From a virus: 64,000 nucleotides of DNA. The stretch is from IMG/VR virus record IMGVR_UViG_3300010367_000012, positions 20,856 to 84,855 of that record; one strand, 5' to 3'. This document shows, piece after piece, positions 17,906 through 26,132 of the stretch. The notes under the pieces were generated by a model. That model had not been told where the DNA came from and did not search any database. It was given only the letters and a program-made list of their open reading frames with translations. The translations under genes were made by a program, and so were the position numbers. Position 1 is the stretch's first letter. The number at the start of each line of letters is the position of its first letter.

Positions 17906-18874
17906 CCTGATCACTCCCTCTGTGGTGTGCCCGTTGTTGAGCACTCCCCCATTACATGCCCTTACAGGGAGAGCAGACACCCAAGACCTACGATGTTGAC
18001 CAAAGCTTTGCCATAGCCTTGACTGTCCATGGGGGAATAACGGACATACCAGACATGACAGATCGTCAGTTGATCATGACCAACCAAGATCATCCGTGCG
18101 AAAAAAGCGGCGCGGCACACATAATCTCTCTGGTCAATACTACTCACACGTATACCCTAGAAACCTCTGTACGCCCCTCTAAGAGCTTTTGATCATGCTC
18201 TAGGTCTCTCCTATCCACCCCACATGAGATAGGCCCGTAGAGAGCGATACTCCATAGGGTGACATCTGACGATCACTCAGCATCCCATGACACACCATCA
18301 GATATGCCCTCTGACCTGCGATGCTTGACAACACCCCAACTGACGTACTCTCAGACAGTCCCCTATGTCCCATATGCCTGCACACCCTCCGTGATAACAG
18401 GAGCAACTACCCATAGGGCCTATACCCTCCCATACCAGGAATATGCGACATATCACCCATAAGCCCCCTAATACCCCGTATCCCCCATACCGCTCTTATA
18501 TGGTCAAATCGGACATCAGGGACAATGCTAATCAATGCCATTTTATACGCAGAGTGACATTTATACGGTTTTTTCCCTAGTAAAACTATCGAATATGGTC
18601 ACACTGTGTGATAATTGCCCAAGAATGGCATATCGGACATAATACGCAATGCTGCTCTATGCCTCATTGGTGCTCATACATGGGCATACAGGGGCGTAGC
18701 AGGCATCTTGCATATAGGGAGCATAGAAGGCAAAATGGACATATGAGACCCCCCTACCCTTAACGGACAAATACGGACAAAAGGGGCGGCCTAGTTTGAT
18801 TTACGATTTTCGAATTGATTTGTAATACAGTATCCGAATAGGGCCCTATTAAAATTTAAATTCTATTTGGGGAT

Positions 18875-18903
18875 TGACAGATCAGTATCTCTGTAGTACG
18901 ATC
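18875..18903 (+). promoter_or_regulatory. sigma70/HrdB-like promoter
   Basis: TTGACA-N17-TACGAT, with ATG 18909 just downstream (leaderless geometry). Confidence 0.55.
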
Positions 18904-18908
18904 TTCCT

Positions 18909-19115
18909 ATGAGTAGACAGAAGGTGTATACGGACCATGTATTCAAGACTGAAGATGAGGCGTGGAAGTATGTCACGGATCATTACTCAGTAGAGAAGAA
19001 TTACATTATGAAGAATGCTAAGAAGGCCGGTAAGAAGGTATCAGTCGGCGTAGAAAAGCGAGGGCGCGGAGCTAGTAGCAATGTCTCATTCATCATCGTA
19101 ATTTATGTAGGCTAA
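18909..19115 (+). CDS. small basic protein
   Basis: 68-aa ORF directly after the promoter. Confidence 0.65.
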   Translation: MSRQKVYTDHVFKTEDEAWKYVTDHYSVEKNYIMKNAKKAGKKVSVGVEKRGRGASSNVSFIIVIYVG

Positions 19116-19116
19116 A

Positions 19117-19160
19117 GAGAAAGACCCCTTTCCGTTATGGATTGGGGTCTTTCTTTGTTT
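19117..19160. terminator. bidirectional terminator
   Basis: agaaagacccc...ggggtctttct between convergent genes. Confidence 0.75.
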
Positions 19161-19179
19161 ACTCCATACATTTACGGAT

Positions 19180-19281
19180 CTACTCCATTTTTCCGTCACA
19201 ACGCTTATCAGGACAGCGTCTTGGATTGGTACTGAGTGATCCACACTTATTGCAGCGATATTGTCTGTAAGCCATTCTCAT
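19180..19281 (-). CDS. tiny Zn-ribbon protein (33 aa)
   Basis: MRMAYRQYRCNKCGSLSTNPRRCPDKRCDGKME; ATGA overlap with the upstream gene. Confidence 0.6.
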   Translation of the reverse strand: MRMAYRQYRCNKCGSLSTNPRRCPDKRCDGKME

Positions 19282-19427
19282 GCGATATGTCCTTCATCTG
19301 GAATGATTACTGTCTTCTTTCCATTGCATTGAGTAGATGGACATCTTTGGAGTGATGTTCTCAGTCCGCAGGATGTACATTTCCTCAAGGGCCGTCTTGG
19401 TTTGAAGATTGCTGCTACTTTAGCCAT
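19278..19427 (-). CDS. tiny Zn-ribbon protein (49 aa)
   Basis: MAKVAAIFKPRRPLRKCTSCGLRTSLQRCPSTQCNGKKTVIIPDEGHIA; AGGAGAA SD. Confidence 0.65.
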   Translation of the reverse strand: MAKVAAIFKPRRPLRKCTSCGLRTSLQRCPSTQCNGKKTVIIPDEGHIA

Positions 19428-19445
19428 TAGTTCTCCTGACATTCC

Positions 19446-20027
19446 TTAGTCTCGCAATCCTGCATCAAAACTGTCCTGAAGGGCCTGTGTGGCTCTGTGA
19501 GGCTTTACTGTGCGCTCTAGGTACTCGTAGGTCTCCTTGTTCCAGAGAGCGTCCATATAGGCGTTGTGAGCCCCTGTAGCCTGCTCTGGGACTCTTGGGT
19601 TGCCCAGTCTCATGATCTCGGACTTCAGATCGTTCGTATACATGGGGAAACCAGAAGGAAGATCGATCATGCGCCCGAAAAGCTGACATAGGGCTACATG
19701 GTCATAGGCTGAGTAATAGGCCCACAGTTCTGGATTAGGAGTATCGAGCACGAAATGCTTTACGTCTTCCGCAATTTCATCCTTGTGCTTGACAGAGTCA
19801 TAATCCAGATGTCCGTGAGTAAGTGCAACACCATCTTCGGTCATCGTATAAGGAAGAGAAGGCACTACATTCTGTCTTAGCCACGGATGGAGGAAAATAT
19901 CCTTCATAAGAGAGTAATCGAAATTGACTCTGTAGAGTCCCTTTCCGTCTTCTCTTACCATTCCGATACTGATGAGGCGGATTGTAGAGCCATTCTCAAG
20001 GAATTCTGTATCGTAGTAGATTTTCAT
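19446..20027 (-). CDS. DEDDh 3'-5' exoribonuclease (Rv2179c/RNase AS-like)
   Basis: YYDTEF...LISIGMV...WAYYSAYDHVALCQLFG.MIDLP..FP...HNAYMDA. Confidence 0.85.
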   Translation of the reverse strand: MKIYYDTEFLENGSTIRLISIGMVREDGKGLYRVNFDYSLMKDIFLHPWLRQNVVPSLPYTMTEDGVALTHGHLDYDSVKHKDEIAEDVKHFVLDTPNPELWAYYSAYDHVALCQLFGRMIDLPSGFPMYTNDLKSEIMRLGNPRVPEQATGAHNAYMDALWNKETYEYLERTVKPHRATQALQDSFDAGLRD

Positions 20028-20188
20028 TACTCAGGATTCTTCCAGTTCTTCAGAGTTTCCTTATTACGATTGGATGTAACGAGTGCTCCACGCTTGTTGT
20101 AGAGGTACCAGCGCTTTGTTTTCTTGTTGAAGCGGAGATACATACCCTTCTGGGTTTCTTCGCGCTCTCCCCAGTCTTCATCTGCCAT
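20027..20188 (-). CDS. small protein (53 aa, missed by the ORF track)
   Basis: MADEDWGEREETQKGMYLRFNKKTKRWYLYNKRGALVTSNRNKETLKNWKNPE; overlaps both neighbours. Confidence 0.65.
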   Translation of the reverse strand: MADEDWGEREETQKGMYLRFNKKTKRWYLYNKRGALVTSNRNKETLKNWKNPE

Positions 20189-20702
20189 TGAGATTAGCCT
20201 TCCATTCTTCGATTTCTTCGAGATGGTCTCTTGTAATACCTGTTTGAGGGGAAATTATGCGGATTCCACTGTGTGGAGCGCAGTTTTCCTCAATCCAGTC
20301 TCTGTCTTTGCGTCCAACTTCGTCATCTAGCCACAAAAATGGGATTCCAGGACGATTTTCGTTCATCCATTCGGCCACACGCTTGGTTTTCCAGTACAAA
20401 CCTTCCTTATTCCAGTGATCTCTGTCAATCCAGTCGATAACTGGGAGCTTAGGAAGACCAATATGGCAGCCAACCCATTCATCTGCTTCGAATTCCCATG
20501 TAGTTGCCCAGATAAGTTCCCCGCCAAGTGCCAGCAGATCAGGCCCGTGAGTGGGGTTCAGCCACAATCTGAAGCCCTTTGTGCTGGGGGAGCTAGCTGG
20601 GAACGCTCTATGGGTTTCGTAGCCTTCTGGACGCCTTGTAGCCTTTGCCGCGTAGGGGTTCAAGGGTCCGTCAACGTCCAGAAGGATAGCGAATTCATTC
20701 AT
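20178..20702 (-). CDS. HAD-family phosphatase (Swiss-army-knife RNA-repair type)
   Basis: LLDVDGPLN (DxD motif I), WATTW, YWK, FLWLDDE. Confidence 0.8.
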   Translation of the reverse strand: MNEFAILLDVDGPLNPYAAKATRRPEGYETHRAFPASSPSTKGFRLWLNPTHGPDLLALGGELIWATTWEFEADEWVGCHIGLPKLPVIDWIDRDHWNKEGLYWKTKRVAEWMNENRPGIPFLWLDDEVGRKDRDWIEENCAPHSGIRIISPQTGITRDHLEEIEEWKANLNGR

Positions 20703-21112
20703 TAAAACTTACCTCCGTATTTCAGTCTGTCCTCATTGCACCAGGAATGCAGTGCCAGGAGCTTACCCTTGTGGATAATCTTGGATACATACTGGTTCTT
20801 CTTGTGAAATTGAGTAATTTCCGTTGAACAGTAACGGCAGTGATAACCATGAGGTATGACCATCTCCCGCTTAAGCTGTTCTTGCCAGTTCGAAGGGTAG
20901 ACTATGTCTCCCTTCAGGTTGTTGCATTGCTTATGTGTTAACTGAATATTGTCTCGACCATTTCCCCCGCCTGCTGCACGGGGGATAATATGGTCACGAG
21001 ACGCATCGTCAAGTTCTACATACTCTCCACACAAGGCACAGATACCCTTGAAGTCTGCATGTATCCGCGCCAATGGTTTAGAGTAGTAGGAACTTTGATT
21101 CCTACGACTCAT
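20702..21112 (-). CDS. HNH endonuclease
   Basis: CALCG...DHIIPRAAGG.N...NIQLTHKQCNNLKGD. Confidence 0.9.
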   Translation of the reverse strand: MSRRNQSSYYSKPLARIHADFKGICALCGEYVELDDASRDHIIPRAAGGGNGRDNIQLTHKQCNNLKGDIVYPSNWQEQLKREMVIPHGYHCRYCSTEITQFHKKNQYVSKIIHKGKLLALHSWCNEDRLKYGGKF

Positions 21113-21114
21113 CT

Positions 21115-21387
21115 CTAACCCTTTCTTTTAACTTCTTCCAGGAATTGCTCGAATGAATGATCGAAGAGATATCTTCTCATTTCAGACCAGCACTTCAACT
21201 CAAGTTTGTGTTCTTTAGGGTGTCCTGGTACCATACAAGGTCCAGACTTACCGATGTCCATCTTCTTAAAGTCCATGATGTAGAACTTTCTTACTAGTAG
21301 TACCCCCACCAATCCCCATGTCTTTACTCTAGCAGTTCTGGTTACAGAGCACAAGGACTTGACAAGTACCACGCCATCCCTGTACAC
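21115..21387 (-). CDS. hypothetical protein
   Basis: 90-aa ORF, GTG start; true start uncertain. Confidence 0.5.
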   Translation of the reverse strand: MYRDGVVLVKSLCSVTRTARVKTWGLVGVLLVRKFYIMDFKKMDIGKSGPCMVPGHPKEHKLELKCWSEMRRYLFDHSFEQFLEEVKRKG

Positions 21388-21457
21388 TCTTCTTTATAAT
21401 AAATACTTAGTTCTTATAAGTATGTGTACTTAGTTATTTTCGTTAGGAGATGAATGT

Positions 21458-21628
21458 ATGACTAATAGTGAAGCTATGGTTTCTCGTAGTCTTAGATTAC
21501 GTAAAGATACTCTTCAAGTTCTTCATAGAGAAGCTGAAAAGAAGAATCTAGGGATTACTGTTTACATCAGAACTGTTCTTGAATCTCTTGTTGAGAATCT
21601 TTCTAATGAGAACCAGGAGAACAACTAA
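21458..21628 (+). CDS. ribbon-helix-helix (CopG/Arc-like) DNA-binding protein (56 aa, missed by the ORF track)
   Basis: MVSRSLRLRKDTLQVLHREAEKKNLGITVYIRTVLE: beta strand + two helices; AGGAGA SD. Confidence 0.7.
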   Translation: MTNSEAMVSRSLRLRKDTLQVLHREAEKKNLGITVYIRTVLESLVENLSNENQENN

Positions 21629-21831
21629 TGATTGAAGATCACCTGGAACTCTATGAAATGATTAGAGAGGCGCTGGAAAAGAAGTTCCCCTCTGAAACCC
21701 CTGAATTGGCATTGACCTTTGATAGAGTGGCAGAAGTGGCTACTCTTGGTGCTCTGGAATATGTAAATGAACTTGAAGAGGCTGTTGCTAATCTTCGTGG
21801 AACGATTAAGCGTATGACCAAGGAGCACTAA
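21628..21831 (+). CDS. hypothetical coiled-coil protein
   Basis: 67 aa, TAATG coupling. Confidence 0.7.
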   Translation: MIEDHLELYEMIREALEKKFPSETPELALTFDRVAEVATLGALEYVNELEEAVANLRGTIKRMTKEH

Positions 21832-21835
21832 GACC

Positions 21836-22057
21836 TTGACACAACCAGAAGAACTTGCTAGATTCCTGGCATACGCAGTCAAGCATCTTGGTGGATCACT
21901 GAAGATCTCCAAGAAAGAGCTTGACAACATGCTCCCTACTCGGTTAGTATGGGATGCAACTTCCGAGGAAGAGTTTGTTACTGTGGCAACGATAAGCAAC
22001 GACGTTATCATGCTTACAGTAGAGCCGTCCACAGTAGTTGCCACCCCTACAGATTAG
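21836..22057 (+). CDS. hypothetical protein
   Basis: 73 aa, AAGGAG SD. Confidence 0.7.
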   Translation: MTQPEELARFLAYAVKHLGGSLKISKKELDNMLPTRLVWDATSEEEFVTVATISNDVIMLTVEPSTVVATPTD

Positions 22058-22121
22058 TGTTATACTGATCAAGCCTCCTTTCGAAAGCCCTAAGAGGTAG
22101 GTTCGTCCCTCTTAGGGTCCT

Positions 22122-22193
22122 CGGGTACGAGGAAGATGGTAATCCGCCTGTTTTGGGAACAGGATAAACGGGGTTCGATTCCCCGGTACCCGA
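22122..22193 (+). tRNA. tRNA-Pro(TGG)
   Basis: cgggtac/gtacccg acceptor; cctgt-tt TGG ga-acagg; TTCGATT T-loop. Confidence 0.9.
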
Positions 22194-22328
22194 CTAGTCA
22201 GCTTGAACTGTAAGGATGTAAATCCGAATCAGCGCCTGCTGACTTTAAACTTGAGTAAACACACATATGAAAACACCCTCAACAAATACTAATGGTGCTC
22301 ATCATATCGTTTTACTCATTTCTGTAAT

Positions 22329-22400
22329 GGCCCTTTAGCTCAATTGGCAGAGCATCCGGTTGAAGCCCGGAGTATATCGGTTCGAGTCCGGTGGGGGCCA
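22329..22400 (+). tRNA. tRNA-Phe(GAA)
   Basis: tccgg-tt GAA gc-ccgga; canonical D and T arms. Confidence 0.92.
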
Positions 22401-22476
22401 CTCACCCGTAAACCTTTATCTGATCAATTCTGGTGTTGGGTCTGCGCACAAAGACCAGGGTGAACGATTTCTTTAT

Positions 22477-22548
22477 GGCTTAGTAGCTCAGTGGAAGAGC
22501 GGCCGTCTCATACGCGGCTTGTCGGGAGTTCGATTCTCTCCTAAGCCA
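22477..22548 (+). tRNA. tRNA-Met(CAT), elongator (or Ile2)
   Basis: gccgt-ct CAT ac-gcggc; paired 1:72. Confidence 0.88.
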
Positions 22549-22549
22549 C

Positions 22550-22626
22550 TGCACGGATAGAGAAACGGTGTCTCACGAGCCTCATAAGCTCGCAAGTAGA
22601 GGGTTCGACTCCCTCCTGTGCCCCCA
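22550..22626 (+). tRNA. tRNA-Met(CAT), possibly initiator-like
   Basis: cgagc-ct CAT aa-gctcg; T1:C72 mismatch; encoded CCA; lacks the three G-C pairs typical of fMet. Confidence 0.8.
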
Positions 22627-22685
22627 CTTCTTTACATGCCCTATCTTATGTAGTACACTCCAGTTATCAACGACTAGGAGGAACT

Positions 22686-23039
22686 GTGGGAGATAGGGCA
22701 AACGTTTATATTCATGAGAATGGTCGTCCGGGCGTATACCTGTACACGCACTGGGATGGTACGTATTTACCCCGTCTGATTAAGGACGCGTTACAGACGG
22801 ATCGTGCACAAAACCGCTTGACTGATTCTGCGTATTTGACAAGAATCCTGTTCGAAGAGATGATTAAGAACACTCTCGGGGAAGAGACAGGATATGGAAT
22901 CTCAGCGGAAGTACAGGACGGTTCCGACCGTATCGTAGATATAGACACATACAACTGCATAATAACTTTAAAGGGCTATCCTTATGACTGGGATGGCGTG
23001 CCAATCGATCCTTATGCCTATGAGGATGAGATCTGGTAA
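22686..23039 (+). CDS. conserved phage hypothetical protein
   Basis: 117 aa, AGGAGG SD; GVYLYTHWDG motif. Confidence 0.85.
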   Translation: MGDRANVYIHENGRPGVYLYTHWDGTYLPRLIKDALQTDRAQNRLTDSAYLTRILFEEMIKNTLGEETGYGISAEVQDGSDRIVDIDTYNCIITLKGYPYDWDGVPIDPYAYEDEIW

Positions 23040-23076
23040 GTTAGGGGTCCTGAGCATGACGAGAAACTGCTCCCAA

Positions 23077-23152
23077 TCGGTATTAGTGTTTAACGGCAGC
23101 ACATCAGTCTTCCAAACTGAGAGAGGGAGTTCGAATCTCCTATACCGGACCA
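23077..23152 (+). tRNA. tRNA-Gly(TCC)
   Basis: tcagt-ct TCC aa-actga; encoded CCA. Confidence 0.9.
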
Positions 23153-23153
23153 T

Positions 23154-23227
23154 TCCCCATTCGTATAATGGCAATACATGCGCCTCTGGAGCGTAGAATC
23201 GAAGTTCGAATCTTTGATGGGGAGCCA
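23154..23227 (+). tRNA. tRNA-Gln(CTG)
   Basis: tgcgc-ct CTG ga-gcgta; tccccat/atgggga; CCA. Confidence 0.9.
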
Positions 23228-23358
23228 CACGTACAGAAACTGGAAGAATAACGGATCTGGAACGCACATAATAACCATGGTAAAGGTGCGGAAAGGTGAA
23301 GGGAAGCAACTGGGAAGTTCGTATCCGCTTGTAAACGGCTCTGCGGCACGTGAGACCA

Positions 23359-23429
23359 TGGGGATTCGTCTAATGGCAGGACGGGGGTTTTTGGTGCCCT
23401 CTGTGGAGGTTCGAATCCTTCATCCCCAG
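23359..23429 (+). tRNA. tRNA-Gln(TTG)
   Basis: tggggat/atcccca; ggggt-tt TTG gt-gccct. Confidence 0.88.
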
Positions 23430-23496
23430 CAAGATGCTATATTAACTTGGCCAGTGTTGTAATAGGCTGTGTCCTGCCTTAAAGGACACCCCCACT

Positions 23497-23570
23497 GCCC
23501 CGTGGGACTGCTGGAGTGGTCACAGGCTTGTCACGCCTGTATCAGGCGGGTTCGATTCCCGTACGGGGCG
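23497..23570 (+). tRNA. tRNA-Asp(GTC)
   Basis: caggc-tt GTC ac-gcctg. Confidence 0.9.
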
Positions 23571-23574
23571 CTTT

Positions 23575-23645
23575 GCTCCTATTGTGTAATGGAAGCACGC
23601 TACCCTCTCAAGGTAGGGGTCGGAGTTCAATTCTCCGTAGGAGTA
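23575..23645 (+). tRNA. tRNA-Glu(CTC)
   Basis: ctacc-ct CTC aa-ggtag. Confidence 0.9.
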
Positions 23646-23814
23646 CAATCGGCATCCTTGTAGGTTCCAAAGATAGGACCATGCCCCTGTCGGGGGTTCG
23701 AGTGGATATCGCTAGCGGAAATTGGAATACGCTGCCTACAATAGATTTCAAAGTAAGTGACGTCATAGGATGCCTGACAGTCACATAAGCCTAGGGGTCG
23801 CTCCTCTAGGTTCT

Positions 23815-23886
23815 GCTCCCATCGTATATTGGTTAGTATCGCGGTTTTTCACACCGCAGGACGGGGTTCAATTCCCCGTGGGAGTA
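23815..23886 (+). tRNA. tRNA-Glu(TTC)
   Basis: gcggt-tt TTC ac-accgc. Confidence 0.9.
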
Positions 23887-24131
23887 CGTTTGGAACCAGT
23901 CATAGCTTACGCCCCACGTATACTCAAACAGACTGGATAGGGTATACCAGCATAGAAGAGGCGCAGACAAGGGAAGGGCCTCCAGGTGGGAGAACCGCTA
24001 TTCTTTGGCAAGAATAGTAGGCACAAGGGATGAGACCACCAGCCACAGTACTACTTACCTTTCTAGAAATGCTATACAATAGAAGAGCTATAGCGATCAC
24101 TTAGTGATTCTTTCTAGAAAGGTTTAATAAT

Positions 24132-24443
24132 ATGGCTTTTGGTGCTAATACCGTAGTTAGAGTAAACGCTCTAACTGTAGGACAGCAGGTTGTAGCCGCC
24201 GTTGCAGCAGATGGACATGCATATGTGTATCCAACCCCTACAACAGGTGGTGCTACATACCCAACTGTTCGTAAGTTGATCCCAGCAGACGTTCCCGCAG
24301 GAACTGATAGTGCTGGAAACCCTGTAACTAGTGCAGCAGTTCTTTGGACAGTACAGTTGAGTGGAAGTGCTTTCTCTCTTCCTATCGATTTTACTCTTAA
24401 CGCAATTACTGACTACGTTATTGTTACAACTGGTTCAGCGTAA
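24132..24443 (+). CDS. hypothetical beta-rich protein (possibly virion)
   Basis: 103 aa, GAAAGG SD, Thr/Val/Ala-rich. Confidence 0.75.
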   Translation: MAFGANTVVRVNALTVGQQVVAAVAADGHAYVYPTPTTGGATYPTVRKLIPADVPAGTDSAGNPVTSAAVLWTVQLSGSAFSLPIDFTLNAITDYVIVTTGSA

Positions 24444-24464
24444 GATTCTTAGAGAAAGAGTTAT

Positions 24465-24860
24465 ATGGCTACATATACTAAAAAGGCTATCGATCTAGCA
24501 ATAGGCGATTACCTTGTACATATTCCTGCAAGTGTGGATAATTCTGAAGTGACTAAGGTTGCTCCATATCCACAGGTCACAGGTATTAGCTATGGTGGAT
24601 TTTCAGACGGACAACTTGGTGTTAACTACGGTCTTGATGGCGGACACATTGACTTCAATATGTTAGCTAGTATCACGATTACAGTATCCAATATGGCTTC
24701 GGATGACGGAAAAACCATTGTTACTTTACCTGCGGACAGACTTGTAGCAGGAAATCAGATTAATGGCGTTGCTATTACTGATGTAAAGATTGTGGCTACA
24801 ACCTCAGACTCTGTACAACATCAATATGCACTTACTGATGTTGTTCAAGTAGCACAGTAA
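24465..24860 (+). CDS. hypothetical beta-rich protein with two A-x-D/R-L-x-x-G repeats
   Basis: 131 aa; AIDLAIGD and ADRLVAGN. Confidence 0.75.
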   Translation: MATYTKKAIDLAIGDYLVHIPASVDNSEVTKVAPYPQVTGISYGGFSDGQLGVNYGLDGGHIDFNMLASITITVSNMASDDGKTIVTLPADRLVAGNQINGVAITDVKIVATTSDSVQHQYALTDVVQVAQ

Positions 24861-24913
24861 GATTTAGAGTGGGCTATGGGTAAGAAATTCATAGCCCACT
24901 CATAACTTTATAT

Positions 24914-25777
24914 TTGTTGATACCATGTGAGAGTACTAGCCCTACTCTTGTATTGGATAATAAATTGGCTACCTATTACCGTAGTATTTCTGAGTCTGCA
25001 TCTGAAACTAATGGCGGAAGACTGGGACGTCATGTAAAGCATGATTCCCGCTCTCTTGACTACAAGTTTGATGGTTCAGGTATTGCTACTGCTTCAATTC
25101 GTCATACTCGTTATATTCCTGTACTAGATCAGGGTGACTTAGGTTCTTGTACAGGAAATGCGGCTACTGGTAACCTTGGTACTGGAGCCTTCTACGCCAC
25201 TATCCCATCTAGCCTAACGCTAGACGAGACTGAGGCTGTAAAGCTCTACAGCGCTGCTACAGCGCTTGACAGCTACCAGGGTACGTATCCTCCCACCGAT
25301 ACTGGTTCAGACGGTCTGAGCGTCGCTAAGGCGGCACAGAAGGCTGGTCTGATCTCTGGTTACCAGCACATCACTTCTTTGGCTGATGCTATCGCTGCTC
25401 TACAGCTAGGTCCGATCATCACTGGAGTCAACTGGTACAGCTCATTTGACAATCCCAGCAAGACAGGTAAGGTGTCTATCACCAAGTCTGCTTATGTCCG
25501 TGGAGGGCATGAGTTCGTTCTTGATGAGGTTGATGCGACAAATAAGCTTATCGGTGCAACTAACTCCTGGGGAGAGTCTTGGGGTCTTAAGGGACGCTTC
25601 TACTTCTCCTTCGCAGATTATGAGCGCTTGCTAGCTGAGCAAGGAGATGCTACAGTGTTCGTAAAGCTAGTAACTCCAGAGCCAACCCCAACACCTACTC
25701 CGGTAAGTGTTGATCCTGATACTCTTGCTGCCTACCAGTCCCTAAAGGCTTGGGCAATCAAGAACAACGTTCAGTAG
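24914..25777 (+). CDS. papain-like (C1 family) cysteine peptidase
   Basis: VLDQGDLGSCTGNA (Q/C), GGHEF (H), NSWGESWG (N); true start may be TTG 24965. Confidence 0.88.
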   Translation: MLIPCESTSPTLVLDNKLATYYRSISESASETNGGRLGRHVKHDSRSLDYKFDGSGIATASIRHTRYIPVLDQGDLGSCTGNAATGNLGTGAFYATIPSSLTLDETEAVKLYSAATALDSYQGTYPPTDTGSDGLSVAKAAQKAGLISGYQHITSLADAIAALQLGPIITGVNWYSSFDNPSKTGKVSITKSAYVRGGHEFVLDEVDATNKLIGATNSWGESWGLKGRFYFSFADYERLLAEQGDATVFVKLVTPEPTPTPTPVSVDPDTLAAYQSLKAWAIKNNVQ

Positions 25778-25778
25778 A

Positions 25779-25807
25779 CTTGACGCCTGCCATTGGGCAT
25801 AGTACAA
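25779..25807 (+). promoter_or_regulatory. sigma70/HrdB-like promoter for the tRNA block
   Basis: TTGACG-N17-TACAAT upstream of tRNA-Thr. Confidence 0.6.
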
Positions 25808-25815
25808 TGGCTAAT

Positions 25816-25887
25816 GCCGCTATAGCTTATCTGGCAAAGCACCTGTCTTGTAAACAGGAGTGCTCGGTTCGAGTCCGGGTAGCGGCT
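25816..25887 (+). tRNA. tRNA-Thr(TGT)
   Basis: cctgt-ct TGT aa-acagg. Confidence 0.92.
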
Positions 25888-25899
25888 CTCCACTTTAAT

Positions 25900-25971
25900 G
25901 CCTCTGAAGTTCATTGGTTGAATTTCCCCTTGGTACGGGGAAGGTACAGGGTTCAATTCCCTGCTGAGGCT
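25900..25971 (+). tRNA. tRNA-Thr(GGT)
   Basis: tcccc-tt GGT ac-gggga. Confidence 0.88.
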
Positions 25972-25975
25972 CTTC

Positions 25976-26048
25976 GGCGGTGTAGCATAAGGGAAATGCG
26001 CCTATCCTGAACCGATAGGAGATCTCAGTGTAACTCTGAGCACCAATG
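25976..26048 (+). pseudogene. degenerate tRNA-like element
   Basis: D arm (gcat..atgc), 6-bp anticodon stem cctatc/gatagg around ctgaacc, T stem ctcag/ctgag with non-canonical TGTAACT loop; acceptor positions 2-3 unpaired and 1:72 only G.U. Confidence 0.55.
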
Positions 26049-26052
26049 ACAT

Positions 26053-26126
26053 GCTCCGGTATCCCAAAGGCAGAGGACATAGTCTCAAAAACTATGCTAG
26101 TGTCGGTTCGAGTCCGACTCGGAGTA
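26053..26126 (+). tRNA. tRNA-Leu(CAA), short variable region
   Basis: atagt-ct CAA aa-actat. Confidence 0.88.
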
Positions 26127-26132
26127 CTTTAT

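Noticed and set aside
23280-23325. SRP RNA or riboswitch (GGAAGCA-containing segment)
   Set aside because: The SRP domain IV symmetric-loop pairing and known riboswitch cores could not be built; kept only as an unassigned spacer.
25976-26048. Selenocysteine or stop-suppressor tRNA
   Set aside because: The loop contains TGA in the sense orientation, not a TCA anticodon, and there is no long variable arm or extended acceptor stem.
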